A stretch of DNA of 64,000 bases from positions 224,001-288,000 of the forward strand of contig JBMNEZ010000001.1 in NCBI GenBank assembly GCA_050949045.1, given 5' to 3'. This DNA comes from Candidatus Izemoplasmatales bacterium (GTDB lineage Bacteria > Bacillota_I > Bacilli_A > Izemoplasmatales > Hujiaoplasmataceae). Positions 39,789-48,811 of the stretch are shown here, one piece after another. The position numbers were made by a program, and so were the translations under genes. The notes beneath the pieces were generated by a model, which was given only the letters and a program-made list of their open reading frames with translations, was not told the origin of the DNA and did no database searches. Position 1 is the stretch's first letter; every line of letters begins with the position of its first letter.

Positions 39789-42700
39789 ATGAAGAAATTG
39801 ATGATTTTTATAGCCATTTTTACTCTTTTGTTTATGACAGCATGTGCAGATTTCACATTACCACAACAACAGACAACAGACTATACGACAGATGTACAAA
39901 CAGATTCTCAGACCCAAAGCACAACAGTTTTGACAACAACCGCGCCGACAACAACCGCGCCGACAACGACGGTGCCGACAACATCGGGGGTAACTACTAC
40001 AACTCAAATTACAACCAAGGCTCTGGATACCGAGTTGACGGTCAAACTAAAGCACATCTATAATTTAGCTTCAGAATCTGGCGCTTTTAGCGGCACTTAT
40101 GAAGACTGGCTGGAGACAGTCAGAGGTCCGAAAGGAGATGACGGGAGGTCAGTTGTCCTCAATGTGTCAGAGGGATATGTCCAATGGAAATACACTGATG
40201 AGGAAGAATGGAATAACCTAATCCCACTAATTTCCATGATCGGTCCGGAAGGAGAACAAGGAGTCGGCATATTAGATGCCGAAATCAATCAATCAGGAGA
40301 ACTGGTCATTACTTTAAGCGATGGTAGTGAAAAAAACCTAGGGAAGATACTAAATGTCTATACAGTTCAGTTTAAAGATGATCAAGGATATTTGATTGAT
40401 GTTCAACTAGTAACATATGGACAAGCCGCAACAGCACCGGAACCACCGGTTAAAGACGGATACACTTTCAGTAATTGGGACAAAGCGTTTACGGAAATTA
40501 AAGAAAACACAGTAGTAAAAGCTGTCTATTCACTAAACAAATGCAGAGTATCCTTTGATTCGGCAGGCGGAAGTGAAATTTCGGATATCTTGGTAGAAAA
40601 GGGTAAATCAATAATCTTGCCTGTAATCACAAGGGAAGGCTATCTGTTTGCTGGCTGGTTCACGGGGAACGGACCCAATGATGTCCAGTTTTCACATGTA
40701 TTTCCTGTTCTACAAGATTTAGAATTAGTTGCAAGATGGATTTGTATGCAATATACTCTTTCTTTTGAAAGTAACGGGGGCTCACCGGTTGCAAGCATAA
40801 CCCAAAATATAGGAACAACCGTAACGAAACCGACGGATCCAACAAAAGAAGGATATTCATTTGATGGATGGTATAGCGATGAATCGCTTACTACAGCGTA
40901 TAGATTCACAACTATGCCTGCAGAAAATATCACATTATACGCGAAATGGAATCCAATCATATATGGAATCACATATGTATTAGATAATGGGATCAATGGA
41001 GCCAACCCATCAGACTACACTATTGAAACAGCAAAAATTATATTGGCTGATCCAACAAAAGAAGGTAATACGTTTAATGGTTGGTTTAATAATGCGGAAC
41101 TAACGGGTTCACAGATAACAGAAATTCCACAAGGAACAACGGGAGATATAACACTTTATGCGAAATGGACAGTCAATCAATACACTATCTCTTTTGAAAG
41201 TAACGGGGGTTCACCGGTTGCGAGCATAACACGAAATTTTGGAACAACAGTAAGAAGGCCAATGGCAACAAAAACAGGCTATACATTTAGAGGATGGTAT
41301 AGCGATGAATCACTTACGACAATATATACTTTCACAACTATGCCAGCTGAAAATATCACACTTTATGCGAAATGGAGAATCAATCAGTATAACATTAACT
41401 ATTTCATATTTGACAATTTCGATAACTGGTTAGAAACAGGAGAAACGATTGTCTCTGTCTCATTGGGGGATAATTCTCCCTCAGCCCTTACTTCCTCAGG
41501 CAGAGTCTTCACATGGGGGCGAAATTTTTTTGGTCAACTTGGCGATGGCACAACTAATAATAGATTCATCCCAACAGAGATCACTTCAGGGTTCGCTTTG
41601 AGCGAAGGAGAAACGATTGTCTCTGTATCGATTGGAACTATGCATTCCTCAGCCCTTACTTCCTCAGGCAGAGTTTTCATGTGGGGAGATAATCAATTTG
41701 GTCAACTTGGCGACGGCACAACAGACGATAGATTCACTCCAACAGAGATCACCTCAGGGTTCAATTTGAGCGAAGGAGAAACGATTGTCTCTGTATCGAT
41801 TGAAAATATGCATTCCTCAGCCATTACTTCCTCAGGCAGAGTCTTTATGTGGGGAGATAATCGATTTGGTCAACTTGGCGATGGCACAACAGAAAATAGA
41901 TCCACTCCAACAGAGATCACCTCAGGGTTCAATTTGAGCGAAGGAGAAACGATTGTCTCTGTGTCATTGTGGGGTAATTTTTCCTCAGTCCTTACTTCCT
42001 CAGGCAGAGTGTTTATGTGGGGACATAATCGATATGGTCAACTTGGCGACGGCACAACAGAAAATAGATTCACTCCAACAGAGATCACCTCAGGGTTCGA
42101 TTTAAGCGAAGGAGAAACGATTATCTCTGTGTCATTGTGGGGTAATTTTTCCTCAGTCCTTACTTCCTCAGGCAGAGTGTTTATGTGGGGACATAATCGA
42201 TATGGCCAACTCGGCGACGGCACAACAGAAAATAGATTCACCCCGACAGAGATTACCTCAGGGTTCGATTTGAGCGAAGGAGAAACGATTGTCTCTGTAT
42301 TGTTTGGAGCTATGCATTCTTCAGCCTTTACTTCTTCAGGCAGAGTCTTCACATGGGGGCAAAATGATCTTGGTCAACTTGGCGATGGCACAACAGACAA
42401 TAGATTCACCCCAACAGAGATCACTTCAGGGTTCGCTTTGAGCGAAGGAGAAACGATTGTCTCTGTATCGTTAGGAAGTTATCATTCTTCAGCCCTTACT
42501 TCCTCAGGCAGAGTCTTCATGTGGGGATCAAACAATAACGGTCAACTTGGTGATGGCACAACAGACAATAGATCCACCCCAACAGAGATCACCTCAGGGT
42601 TCGATTTAAGCGAAGGAGAAACAATTGTCTCCTTATCGTTGAGAAATATGTATTCCTCAGCTCTTACTTCCTCAGGCAGAGTTCTTATGTGGGGGTCAAA

Positions 42701-42950
42701 CAATAACGGTCAACTTGGCGATGGTTCAACGGCCGATAGATCCACACCTACAGAAAGCATCTTTAGAGGGAATTTCTCTTTTGAAACAGAAACATTCGAT
42801 TATAACGAGGCATTGACTGAGTATGCTCCAACAAGAGAAGGGTATACACTTGATGGATGGTATAGTGATGTAGCATTTACGACAGAATATGTATTCACAA
42901 CTATGCCGGCCGCAAACATCACACTATATGCGAAATGGGTCGCCGACTAA
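39789..42950 (+). CDS. Surface lipoprotein with Thr-rich linker, InlB B-type repeats and 8 RCC1-like repeats
   Basis: GGAGG RBS, lipobox MTAC; repeats of KEGY.F.GW..TLYAKW; repeats of SALTSSGRVF.WG.N..GQLGDGT. Confidence 0.88.
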   Translation: MKKLMIFIAIFTLLFMTACADFTLPQQQTTDYTTDVQTDSQTQSTTVLTTTAPTTTAPTTTVPTTSGVTTTTQITTKALDTELTVKLKHIYNLASESGAFSGTYEDWLETVRGPKGDDGRSVVLNVSEGYVQWKYTDEEEWNNLIPLISMIGPEGEQGVGILDAEINQSGELVITLSDGSEKNLGKILNVYTVQFKDDQGYLIDVQLVTYGQAATAPEPPVKDGYTFSNWDKAFTEIKENTVVKAVYSLNKCRVSFDSAGGSEISDILVEKGKSIILPVITREGYLFAGWFTGNGPNDVQFSHVFPVLQDLELVARWICMQYTLSFESNGGSPVASITQNIGTTVTKPTDPTKEGYSFDGWYSDESLTTAYRFTTMPAENITLYAKWNPIIYGITYVLDNGINGANPSDYTIETAKIILADPTKEGNTFNGWFNNAELTGSQITEIPQGTTGDITLYAKWTVNQYTISFESNGGSPVASITRNFGTTVRRPMATKTGYTFRGWYSDESLTTIYTFTTMPAENITLYAKWRINQYNINYFIFDNFDNWLETGETIVSVSLGDNSPSALTSSGRVFTWGRNFFGQLGDGTTNNRFIPTEITSGFALSEGETIVSVSIGTMHSSALTSSGRVFMWGDNQFGQLGDGTTDDRFTPTEITSGFNLSEGETIVSVSIENMHSSAITSSGRVFMWGDNRFGQLGDGTTENRSTPTEITSGFNLSEGETIVSVSLWGNFSSVLTSSGRVFMWGHNRYGQLGDGTTENRFTPTEITSGFDLSEGETIISVSLWGNFSSVLTSSGRVFMWGHNRYGQLGDGTTENRFTPTEITSGFDLSEGETIVSVLFGAMHSSAFTSSGRVFTWGQNDLGQLGDGTTDNRFTPTEITSGFALSEGETIVSVSLGSYHSSALTSSGRVFMWGSNNNGQLGDGTTDNRSTPTEITSGFDLSEGETIVSLSLRNMYSSALTSSGRVLMWGSNNNGQLGDGSTADRSTPTESIFRGNFSFETETFDYNEALTEYAPTREGYTLDGWYSDVAFTTEYVFTTMPAANITLYAKWVAD
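39933..39983 (+). repeat. 15-bp tandem repeat encoding TTTAP/TTTVP
   Basis: ACAACAACCGCGCCG x2 plus a degenerate third copy. Confidence 0.8.
41439..42755 (+). repeat. Eight tandem 168-bp (56-aa) RCC1-like repeats
   Basis: GGAGAAAC[G/A]ATT at 41439, 41607, 41775, 41943, 42111, 42279, 42447, 42615. Confidence 0.95.
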
Positions 42951-43063
42951 AAAACTATTACTTTCATAACAATCGTTAGCCTATGAAAATGATAAAGTTG
43001 TTGTAATGTTTCATAAACTAACAAAAATGATTCATTTCGTTTTGTGAAAAAAGCGTAAAACAT

Positions 43064-43125
43064 AAAAGGACTGTGAGTAAATGAAGATTGAAATATCTTT
43101 ATGGGCTTCACAGTCCTTTTTCCTT
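43064..43125. terminator. Long hairpin / terminator downstream of lipoprotein gene
   Basis: AAAAGGACTGTGA...TCACAGTCCTTTT 13-bp inverted repeat with an inner stem. Confidence 0.7.
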
Positions 43126-43300
43126 TGATTTAAACCATGTGCGATATTAACTACGATTCAAATCATCAGGTTATGTTTTCGTTGTTTGTGCAATTGAGCA
43201 ACTTAATGGATATGATATCTCGTTTAAAATATAATGGGTGTCAAAATACAAGAGACTAACTTTTAATGGCCAGATTTGGCCATCTAAATCATATATGATT

Positions 43301-43349
43301 TTAGTTCGAAACCAAAAGGTCGTGGGTTCGAATCCCATCGTCTCGACCA
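43301..43349 (+). repeat. Degenerate copy of tRNA-Pro 3' half (attR-like)
   Basis: TTAGTTCGAAACCAAAAGGTCGTGGGTTCGAATCCCATCGTCTCGACCA vs 39468-39516; no 5' half of the tRNA. Confidence 0.88.
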
Positions 43350-43384
43350 GATAAGATAGCAGATTCTGATAGAAAAATCTGCTT

Positions 43385-44491
43385 CAGACTACAGACAAAG
43401 TATCCTAAAAAGGAATATTTTTTTTGAGTTATCCACAAGTTAACGCGAGTTTCGAAATTGCTATATACAAGCATATAATAAAAGGGTAGAATGACGACAA
43501 GTGATGCCAAATGATGACGAAGAAAAGCGATACAAGCCGGAATAACATCCAAATGATAAGCATCGAATCAATGGTACCTGAGAAACACCTTGTACGCAAG
43601 ATAGAGAGCGTAATTGATTTTGAGTTTGTGCGAGACTTGGTTAAGGACTTATATTCAGAGACAACCGGAAGACCATCAATTGATCCGGTTGTGCTTGTAA
43701 AGATAGTGTTCATCCAGTTCCTGTTTGGCATCAAGTCAATGAGACAGACAATCAAGGATATCGAAGTGAACGTAGCGTATCGCTGGTTTTTGGGATCCGG
43801 ATTCACAGAGACGATCCCCCACTTTTCGACATTTGGAAAAAACTATGTCAGACGCTTCGCCGAGAACAATCTGTTCGATAAGATCTTCAAGACTATATTG
43901 TATCAATTGATTGAACAGGGTTTTGTGAAAGAGGAAACGATATTCGTCGACTCGACACATATCAAAGCCTATGCGAACAAACGAAACATCCATCACGAAT
44001 ACATTGAGGAGGACTATCATAAATATGTGAGAGAACTCCATCGGGAAATAAACGAGGAACGCGCAAAAGAAGGAAAGAAAGCGATTGATTTTGGCAGAAA
44101 GAAAGCCGTGACGATATCGAACGTCGATCCGGATTCAGGGATGTTTCAAAAGGGAGAAAAAGAGAAACAACTGGCATACAGTGTCAAGACGGCGGTTGAT
44201 GAAAACGGCTATGTGACAGGACTGGAGACAACGGGAGCGAACATTCGCCCAAGCGAAGATGTGTCATTGTCTCGGCTTCACACATCTGCGGGGGTTAAAG
44301 AAAAACCATGATCGCAACTTGATTGTGTTCGCTGCGGCCAACCTCAAGAAGTTGGCTCTTTTCGTTACGGAAACAAACAAAGAATTCAAGCGGATCACTG
44401 CTTATATTTCTTGTTTTTTCACATTATTCCGTCCCAAAATACAAAAAGTCCCCCAGTATCTCTACTGAAAGACTTGTTTGTCTACAGACTG
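43385..44491 (+). mobile_element. IS1182-family insertion sequence, internally deleted
   Basis: Terminal IRs CAGACTACAGACAAA (43385) / TTTGTCTACAGACTG (44477-44491), 12/15 match; hairpins flank both ends. Confidence 0.8.
43511..44468 (+). pseudogene. IS1182 transposase pseudogene
   Basis: N-terminal VPEKHLVRKI..GRPSIDP..NVAYRWFLG..PHFST, FVDSTHIKA, DPDSG; jumps at ~44245 out of frame to C-terminal LRGLKK..AANLKKLA. Confidence 0.85.
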
Positions 44492-44597
44492 TACTCTGAT
44501 ACAATGTGTCAGAGTTTTTTATTTCATTTTATACAAATTAACATTGCAAAATGATAGAAATTTTAATATTGAAATATTAATCAAAAAAATCAATTAC

Positions 44598-44668
44598 TAT
44601 ACCGATATCGGTATAATGTTGACAAAAACAAAAATACATTGTACTATATATTATACCGATATCGGTAT
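44598..44668 (+). promoter_or_regulatory. Promoter flanked by twin palindromic operators
   Basis: TATACCGATATCGGTATA 44598-44615; TTGACA 44619-17 nt-TACTAT 44642; ATACCGATATCGGTAT 44653-44668. Confidence 0.85.
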
Positions 44669-44683
44669 GATGGAGATGATGAT

Positions 44684-45613
44684 ATGGATTATAAAGGAGT
44701 TAAAGAATTTTCAATTAAATGGAATATAAATGAAAGACGTATTAGGCTTTTATGTCAAGCCGGAAGAATTAATGGAGCCAAGAAAATTGGTAAGACTTGG
44801 TTTATACCAAGTGATGCAGTAAAGCCGATAGATAAAAGATTTAAGCACAAATCTGATTTAATTTATAATGATATTTCATTTGATTTGATTGATAAAAAGA
44901 AAAATATAATAGATTCTTGTCGCCCATTTTCATCTAATATGATTAGACAACTAAAGGACAAACTTGTGGTTGAATGGACTTATAATTCAAATGCAATAGA
45001 AGGAAATACATTGACGTTATCTGAAACTAGAGTTGTGCTTGAAAATGGTATAACAGTAAAAGGAAAATCGCTCAAAGATCATCTTGAAACAATTAATCAT
45101 AAGGAAGCAATAGAATTTATTGAGGATTTAGTTCAAAATAAAGAAGAATTATCCGAATATGTAATTAAGTCCATACATCATTTAATACTAAAAGGGATAG
45201 ATTCTTTTAATGCTGGAAAATATAGAGAAGAAAATGTATTAATTAGTGGAGCTAAGCATATACCACCAATGTATATTAATGTACCATTTGAGATGCAAAA
45301 ACTGATGGAGCAATATAAATTATGGTCAGATTTACATCCTGTTATAAGAGCTTGCTATTTACATGGAGAGTTTGTAAAAATACACCCATTTGTTGATGGA
45401 AATGGTAGAGCTGCAAGATTACTACTAAATTTTGAACTTATTAAAAATGGATATCCAGCTGTTATTATAAAAAATGAGAATAGAGCTGAGTATTATGATG
45501 CATTAGATAAAGCACATATTACGAATGATTATACTGACTTCATTAAGATAATTTACGATTTATTAATTGAATCAGAAGATACATATTTATTTTTACTAAA
45601 TAAACAACAATAG
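44684..45613 (+). CDS. Fic family protein with N-terminal excisionase-like HTH
   Basis: KWNINERRIRLLC..GRINGAKKIGKTWFIP HTH; SNAIEGN inhibitory motif; HPFVDGNGRAAR Fic motif. Confidence 0.92.
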   Translation: MDYKGVKEFSIKWNINERRIRLLCQAGRINGAKKIGKTWFIPSDAVKPIDKRFKHKSDLIYNDISFDLIDKKKNIIDSCRPFSSNMIRQLKDKLVVEWTYNSNAIEGNTLTLSETRVVLENGITVKGKSLKDHLETINHKEAIEFIEDLVQNKEELSEYVIKSIHHLILKGIDSFNAGKYREENVLISGAKHIPPMYINVPFEMQKLMEQYKLWSDLHPVIRACYLHGEFVKIHPFVDGNGRAARLLLNFELIKNGYPAVIIKNENRAEYYDALDKAHITNDYTDFIKIIYDLLIESEDTYLFLLNKQQ

Positions 45614-45633
45614 CATAAGGTTAGGAGCGTAAA

Positions 45634-46121
45634 ATGACTAAAGATTTATCATTTAATTTAGATAATTGTAGATTTAATTATCGTGCTTGTGCGGTCATTA
45701 TTCATAATAATAAAATACTTGCAATGCATGATGAAAATTCACCATATTTCTATCTACCTGGTGGTAGAGCACAGTTTGGTGAAACTGTAGAAGATGCAGT
45801 ATTAAGAAAACTAAAATAAAAGAAGAAATAGGTATAGATGCAAAAATTGAAAGACCATTATGGTTTAACCAAGCATTCTTCATTGATGATGTAACAAAAG
45901 TTAATTCACATGAGCTTGGAATATATATTTTAATTGATATTAGTAATGCCGATTTATTAGATAGAGGAAATAAATTTAAAGGTATTGAATCTAAACATAA
46001 GCATGTATTTGAATAGTTAGATTTTGAAAGGCTTGAGGATGAATATCTTTATCCCTTATTCTTAAAAAAAGAAATATATCATTTACCAGAAACTTTTATA
46101 CTAAGAACTGAAATAGAATAA
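45634..46121 (+). pseudogene. NUDIX hydrolase pseudogene
   Basis: LPGGRAQFGETVEDAVLR, frameshift at ~45810 into IKEEIGI..; in-frame TAG at ~46014. Confidence 0.85.
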
Positions 46122-46414
46122 ATAATAACACTTTAAATTAATGATATATTTATAGTGTGCAAAAATTAGTAAGAGGTGTGCACTTTAAATTATTATGTTC
46201 ATTGTATGTTTTTAGGAGTCCCTTGCTATATGAAAAGTGTTGGTCTGAATATATCAGACCTTTTTCATACTGAAAAAGGATTTCCTTTTTTGTAAGCTAA
46301 TACAATTTGTTTTCACATCAAAAAGATGCGACAGTTACACTCATTATGTGTCAAAGCCGCATCTTTGGATTAATTTTAATACAGAATCGGAATTTGATGT
46401 CATTTAACTGATTT

Positions 46415-47860
46415 TTATGCCAAGGTAAAGCTAATCAAATCGATATATCCTTTGCCAAAATACTTGAAATATAAGGGATGCGTACCACTTATTGCCTTTG
46501 TCTTGGCAGAGAAAGTCTGTGCTTTGTGATTGACAGACACATCAATTACAGCGATTGCCGGATGAGCTAGATCGGTATAGGCTTCAACCTTTCCCTCGCC
46601 TTTGCCGGTAATCTCAATGGCGATGCTTTTCAGTTTGGAAAACATAAAATACTTATAGCCAACAACAGACTCATGGCGAATATTGGCAATGTATTGATTG
46701 GGGTTGTCTTCTCTATCTTCTCCGATTTGAGTTAAATATGGATGCTTTCTCAAACACTTGAACAACACCAAGGGGCTATAACTTGAAGCACCTGTTTTTG
46801 CATACAACTGGCAGGCAATATGCGAGGAATAGGTCCCTTTCCCCTGTAATGGCCCTCCATTCAAACCGCAACTGGTCATCTCCACCTGTCGGATTTCACC
46901 ATGTTTGTCAAGGGTGATACTTTCCGCGCAAGCTTGGCGGGAGTATTCATGCCGGTTCGTCTGTCGGTGATAAAAGACATACCATTTATCTAGTATTTTT
47001 GCAATGCTACCGTGATTGTTGCCATAGTAGAATGTAGCGAAGTCAGGATTCTCTTTGTTCAGACCGATATTCGCGTTGCTGATGATGGTTCCTCCATAAA
47101 CAAACGGTCCCTTCGGGGAAGGTGAAGTTGCATAGCATAACTCATGATTTTTCTCCGATGAATAGATAAAGTAATAGACATCATTGATTTTTCGGATGGA
47201 AGCAGCCTCAAAAAAATCATGGCCTTTTAGATTGTTTTCCGTATCTGATTTATTTTGAATGACAACCCGGCTTGGTTTCACTTTTACAGTTAGCATATCT
47301 TGCTCTAATTCCGTAACATAGCTGGCATCGAGTTTTCCTCGGCCAAACAAAAATACCCGAGTGAGAAATTTTGGACAAAAACCGGTGTAGAGATAAACAC
47401 GATGATCGTCATCGACCAATACCCCGGGGTCAAACATGAACGGATCATTTTTTTTCTTACCGAGGAGCGTACCGTCCGGATACTTGACATGCCCGTAAAA
47501 TTCGTATTTACCTTGAGGACGATCCGATACGGCAACGGAAATAACGCCGCTGAAATCAAAGAAGTAATAAAGGTAATAGCGCCCGTCGCTTCCTTGCTGG
47601 ACATCGGGCGCATACATATTCCGAGAATTGCTGTGCACCAAAGGGTCCTGAAGTTTATTGTAGATCACGCCTTCGTATTTCCAGTCGGTCAAATCGTCGA
47701 CTGGCGCCGACCAGCAAACGTAATTGTTCATACAAAAGGTTTTACCATTGAAACGATCATGCGAGCCAAACAAATATACCCGATCGCCAAAGACATAGGG
47801 TTCGCCATCGGGGATGTATTCATAGCTGGGCAAAAATGGATTAGTAACTTGTTTTTTCAA
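46415..47860 (-). CDS. GH43 family glycosidase with C-terminal CBM6-like domain
   Basis: EYIPDGEP..RVYLFGSHD, YAPD, FDPGVLVDDD, FFEAASIRK, GNNHGS, FYHR; TTG start after AAGGAG; no signal peptide. Confidence 0.88.
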   Translation of the reverse strand: MKKQVTNPFLPSYEYIPDGEPYVFGDRVYLFGSHDRFNGKTFCMNNYVCWSAPVDDLTDWKYEGVIYNKLQDPLVHSNSRNMYAPDVQQGSDGRYYLYYFFDFSGVISVAVSDRPQGKYEFYGHVKYPDGTLLGKKKNDPFMFDPGVLVDDDHRVYLYTGFCPKFLTRVFLFGRGKLDASYVTELEQDMLTVKVKPSRVVIQNKSDTENNLKGHDFFEAASIRKINDVYYFIYSSEKNHELCYATSPSPKGPFVYGGTIISNANIGLNKENPDFATFYYGNNHGSIAKILDKWYVFYHRQTNRHEYSRQACAESITLDKHGEIRQVEMTSCGLNGGPLQGKGTYSSHIACQLYAKTGASSYSPLVLFKCLRKHPYLTQIGEDREDNPNQYIANIRHESVVGYKYFMFSKLKSIAIEITGKGEGKVEAYTDLAHPAIAVIDVSVNHKAQTFSAKTKAISGTHPLYFKYFGKGYIDLISFTLA

Positions 47861-48811
47861 ATCAAACACACTCCTTATAAAGAAATTAGGTTCAAGTGTT
47901 CTATTTTTATCCTTATATCTAATCATAACACATTATTATCTTAAAAATTAAATGTGTTGTTCTAATTTTTGTCAAATCGGCCATAAAATAATCATTATTA
48001 TATGAGATTTGTTCAATCACAGGGATTGTTTGTAGTAATAACATTCCAACCGGTCATTAATATGCTCTGTTTTATGATTTTGACTTATTAATTGACGTAT
48101 TAGCGGCATTATGATGATTCCCATCTTAATTAATGATCGCAAAAGACAATGATGAAAAAGCAGAGAATCTTCAGTGGTTTTGTCAATTCACCGAGGATCG
48201 GAGAATGATGATACACTATCGGTTGTTAAGGGGAAGATTACTGTCGGTAATTGTTTATTTCATGTGTCTACTTTGGAGATATCATATCAGAATGGGGTTC
48301 AGATACCGATCTAGGGAATATCTCTATTCATAATTGATAGCATAGCAGTTGTGGGATTATGTGCCGTGCTTTTTCTTGTGATTCGTAAGGATATAAAAAA
48401 TAAGGGCAATAATGTGTTGCATGTGCAACACATTGCATGAACAATACCGCCTCCGGACTTATATAATGTGCAAATTTAGAAAATCTAGTGATCAAATAGA
48501 AAAGCGCGTTAATAGGTAGTTTTTTGCTCGGAAAGCACTCATTATTTTTTGCCATTTGGAGATATTTTGTATTAAAAAAAACGGTAAAACATAAAACAAT
48601 TTTAACGTTTTAGTTTGTATTATTATAATTTTGAAAACATGATTTTAGCCGATTTCCCATTCGAACTCAGTAATAATATATGCGTGTTTATATACTTTAG
48701 CATTGATAATTATACCAATAATAAAGATAAGTGCGCTCTTGATTAAAAAATAATAAATCAGTAATGGTTCATCAACTCTTTTGATATTAGAAAAACAGCA
48801 AAAACAAAATG

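Larger units (their letters stand above)
39517..43349. mobile_element. Integrase-less genomic islet integrated at tRNA-Pro
   Basis: Bounded by tRNA-Pro 3' half (39468-39516) and its degenerate direct copy (43301-43349, 44/49 identical); AT-richer than core. Confidence 0.75.

Noticed and set aside
41439..42755. Repeat array as CRISPR or as a diversity-generating retroelement target
   Set aside because: Units are in-frame 168-bp coding repeats with no unique spacers and no cas genes. There is no reverse transcriptase or non-coding template in the window, and changes are not confined to adenines.
43301..43349. A fourth tRNA gene
   Set aside because: Only the 3' half is present, with a damaged anticodon arm; treated as an att remnant.
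43429..43437. Perfect DnaA box TTATCCACA as an origin signal
   Set aside because: Single copy inside an IS end, with no cluster or dnaA context.
48133..48555. Short ORFs in the GH43-lacI spacer
   Set aside because: No RBS or recognisable motifs; cannot be supported as genes.
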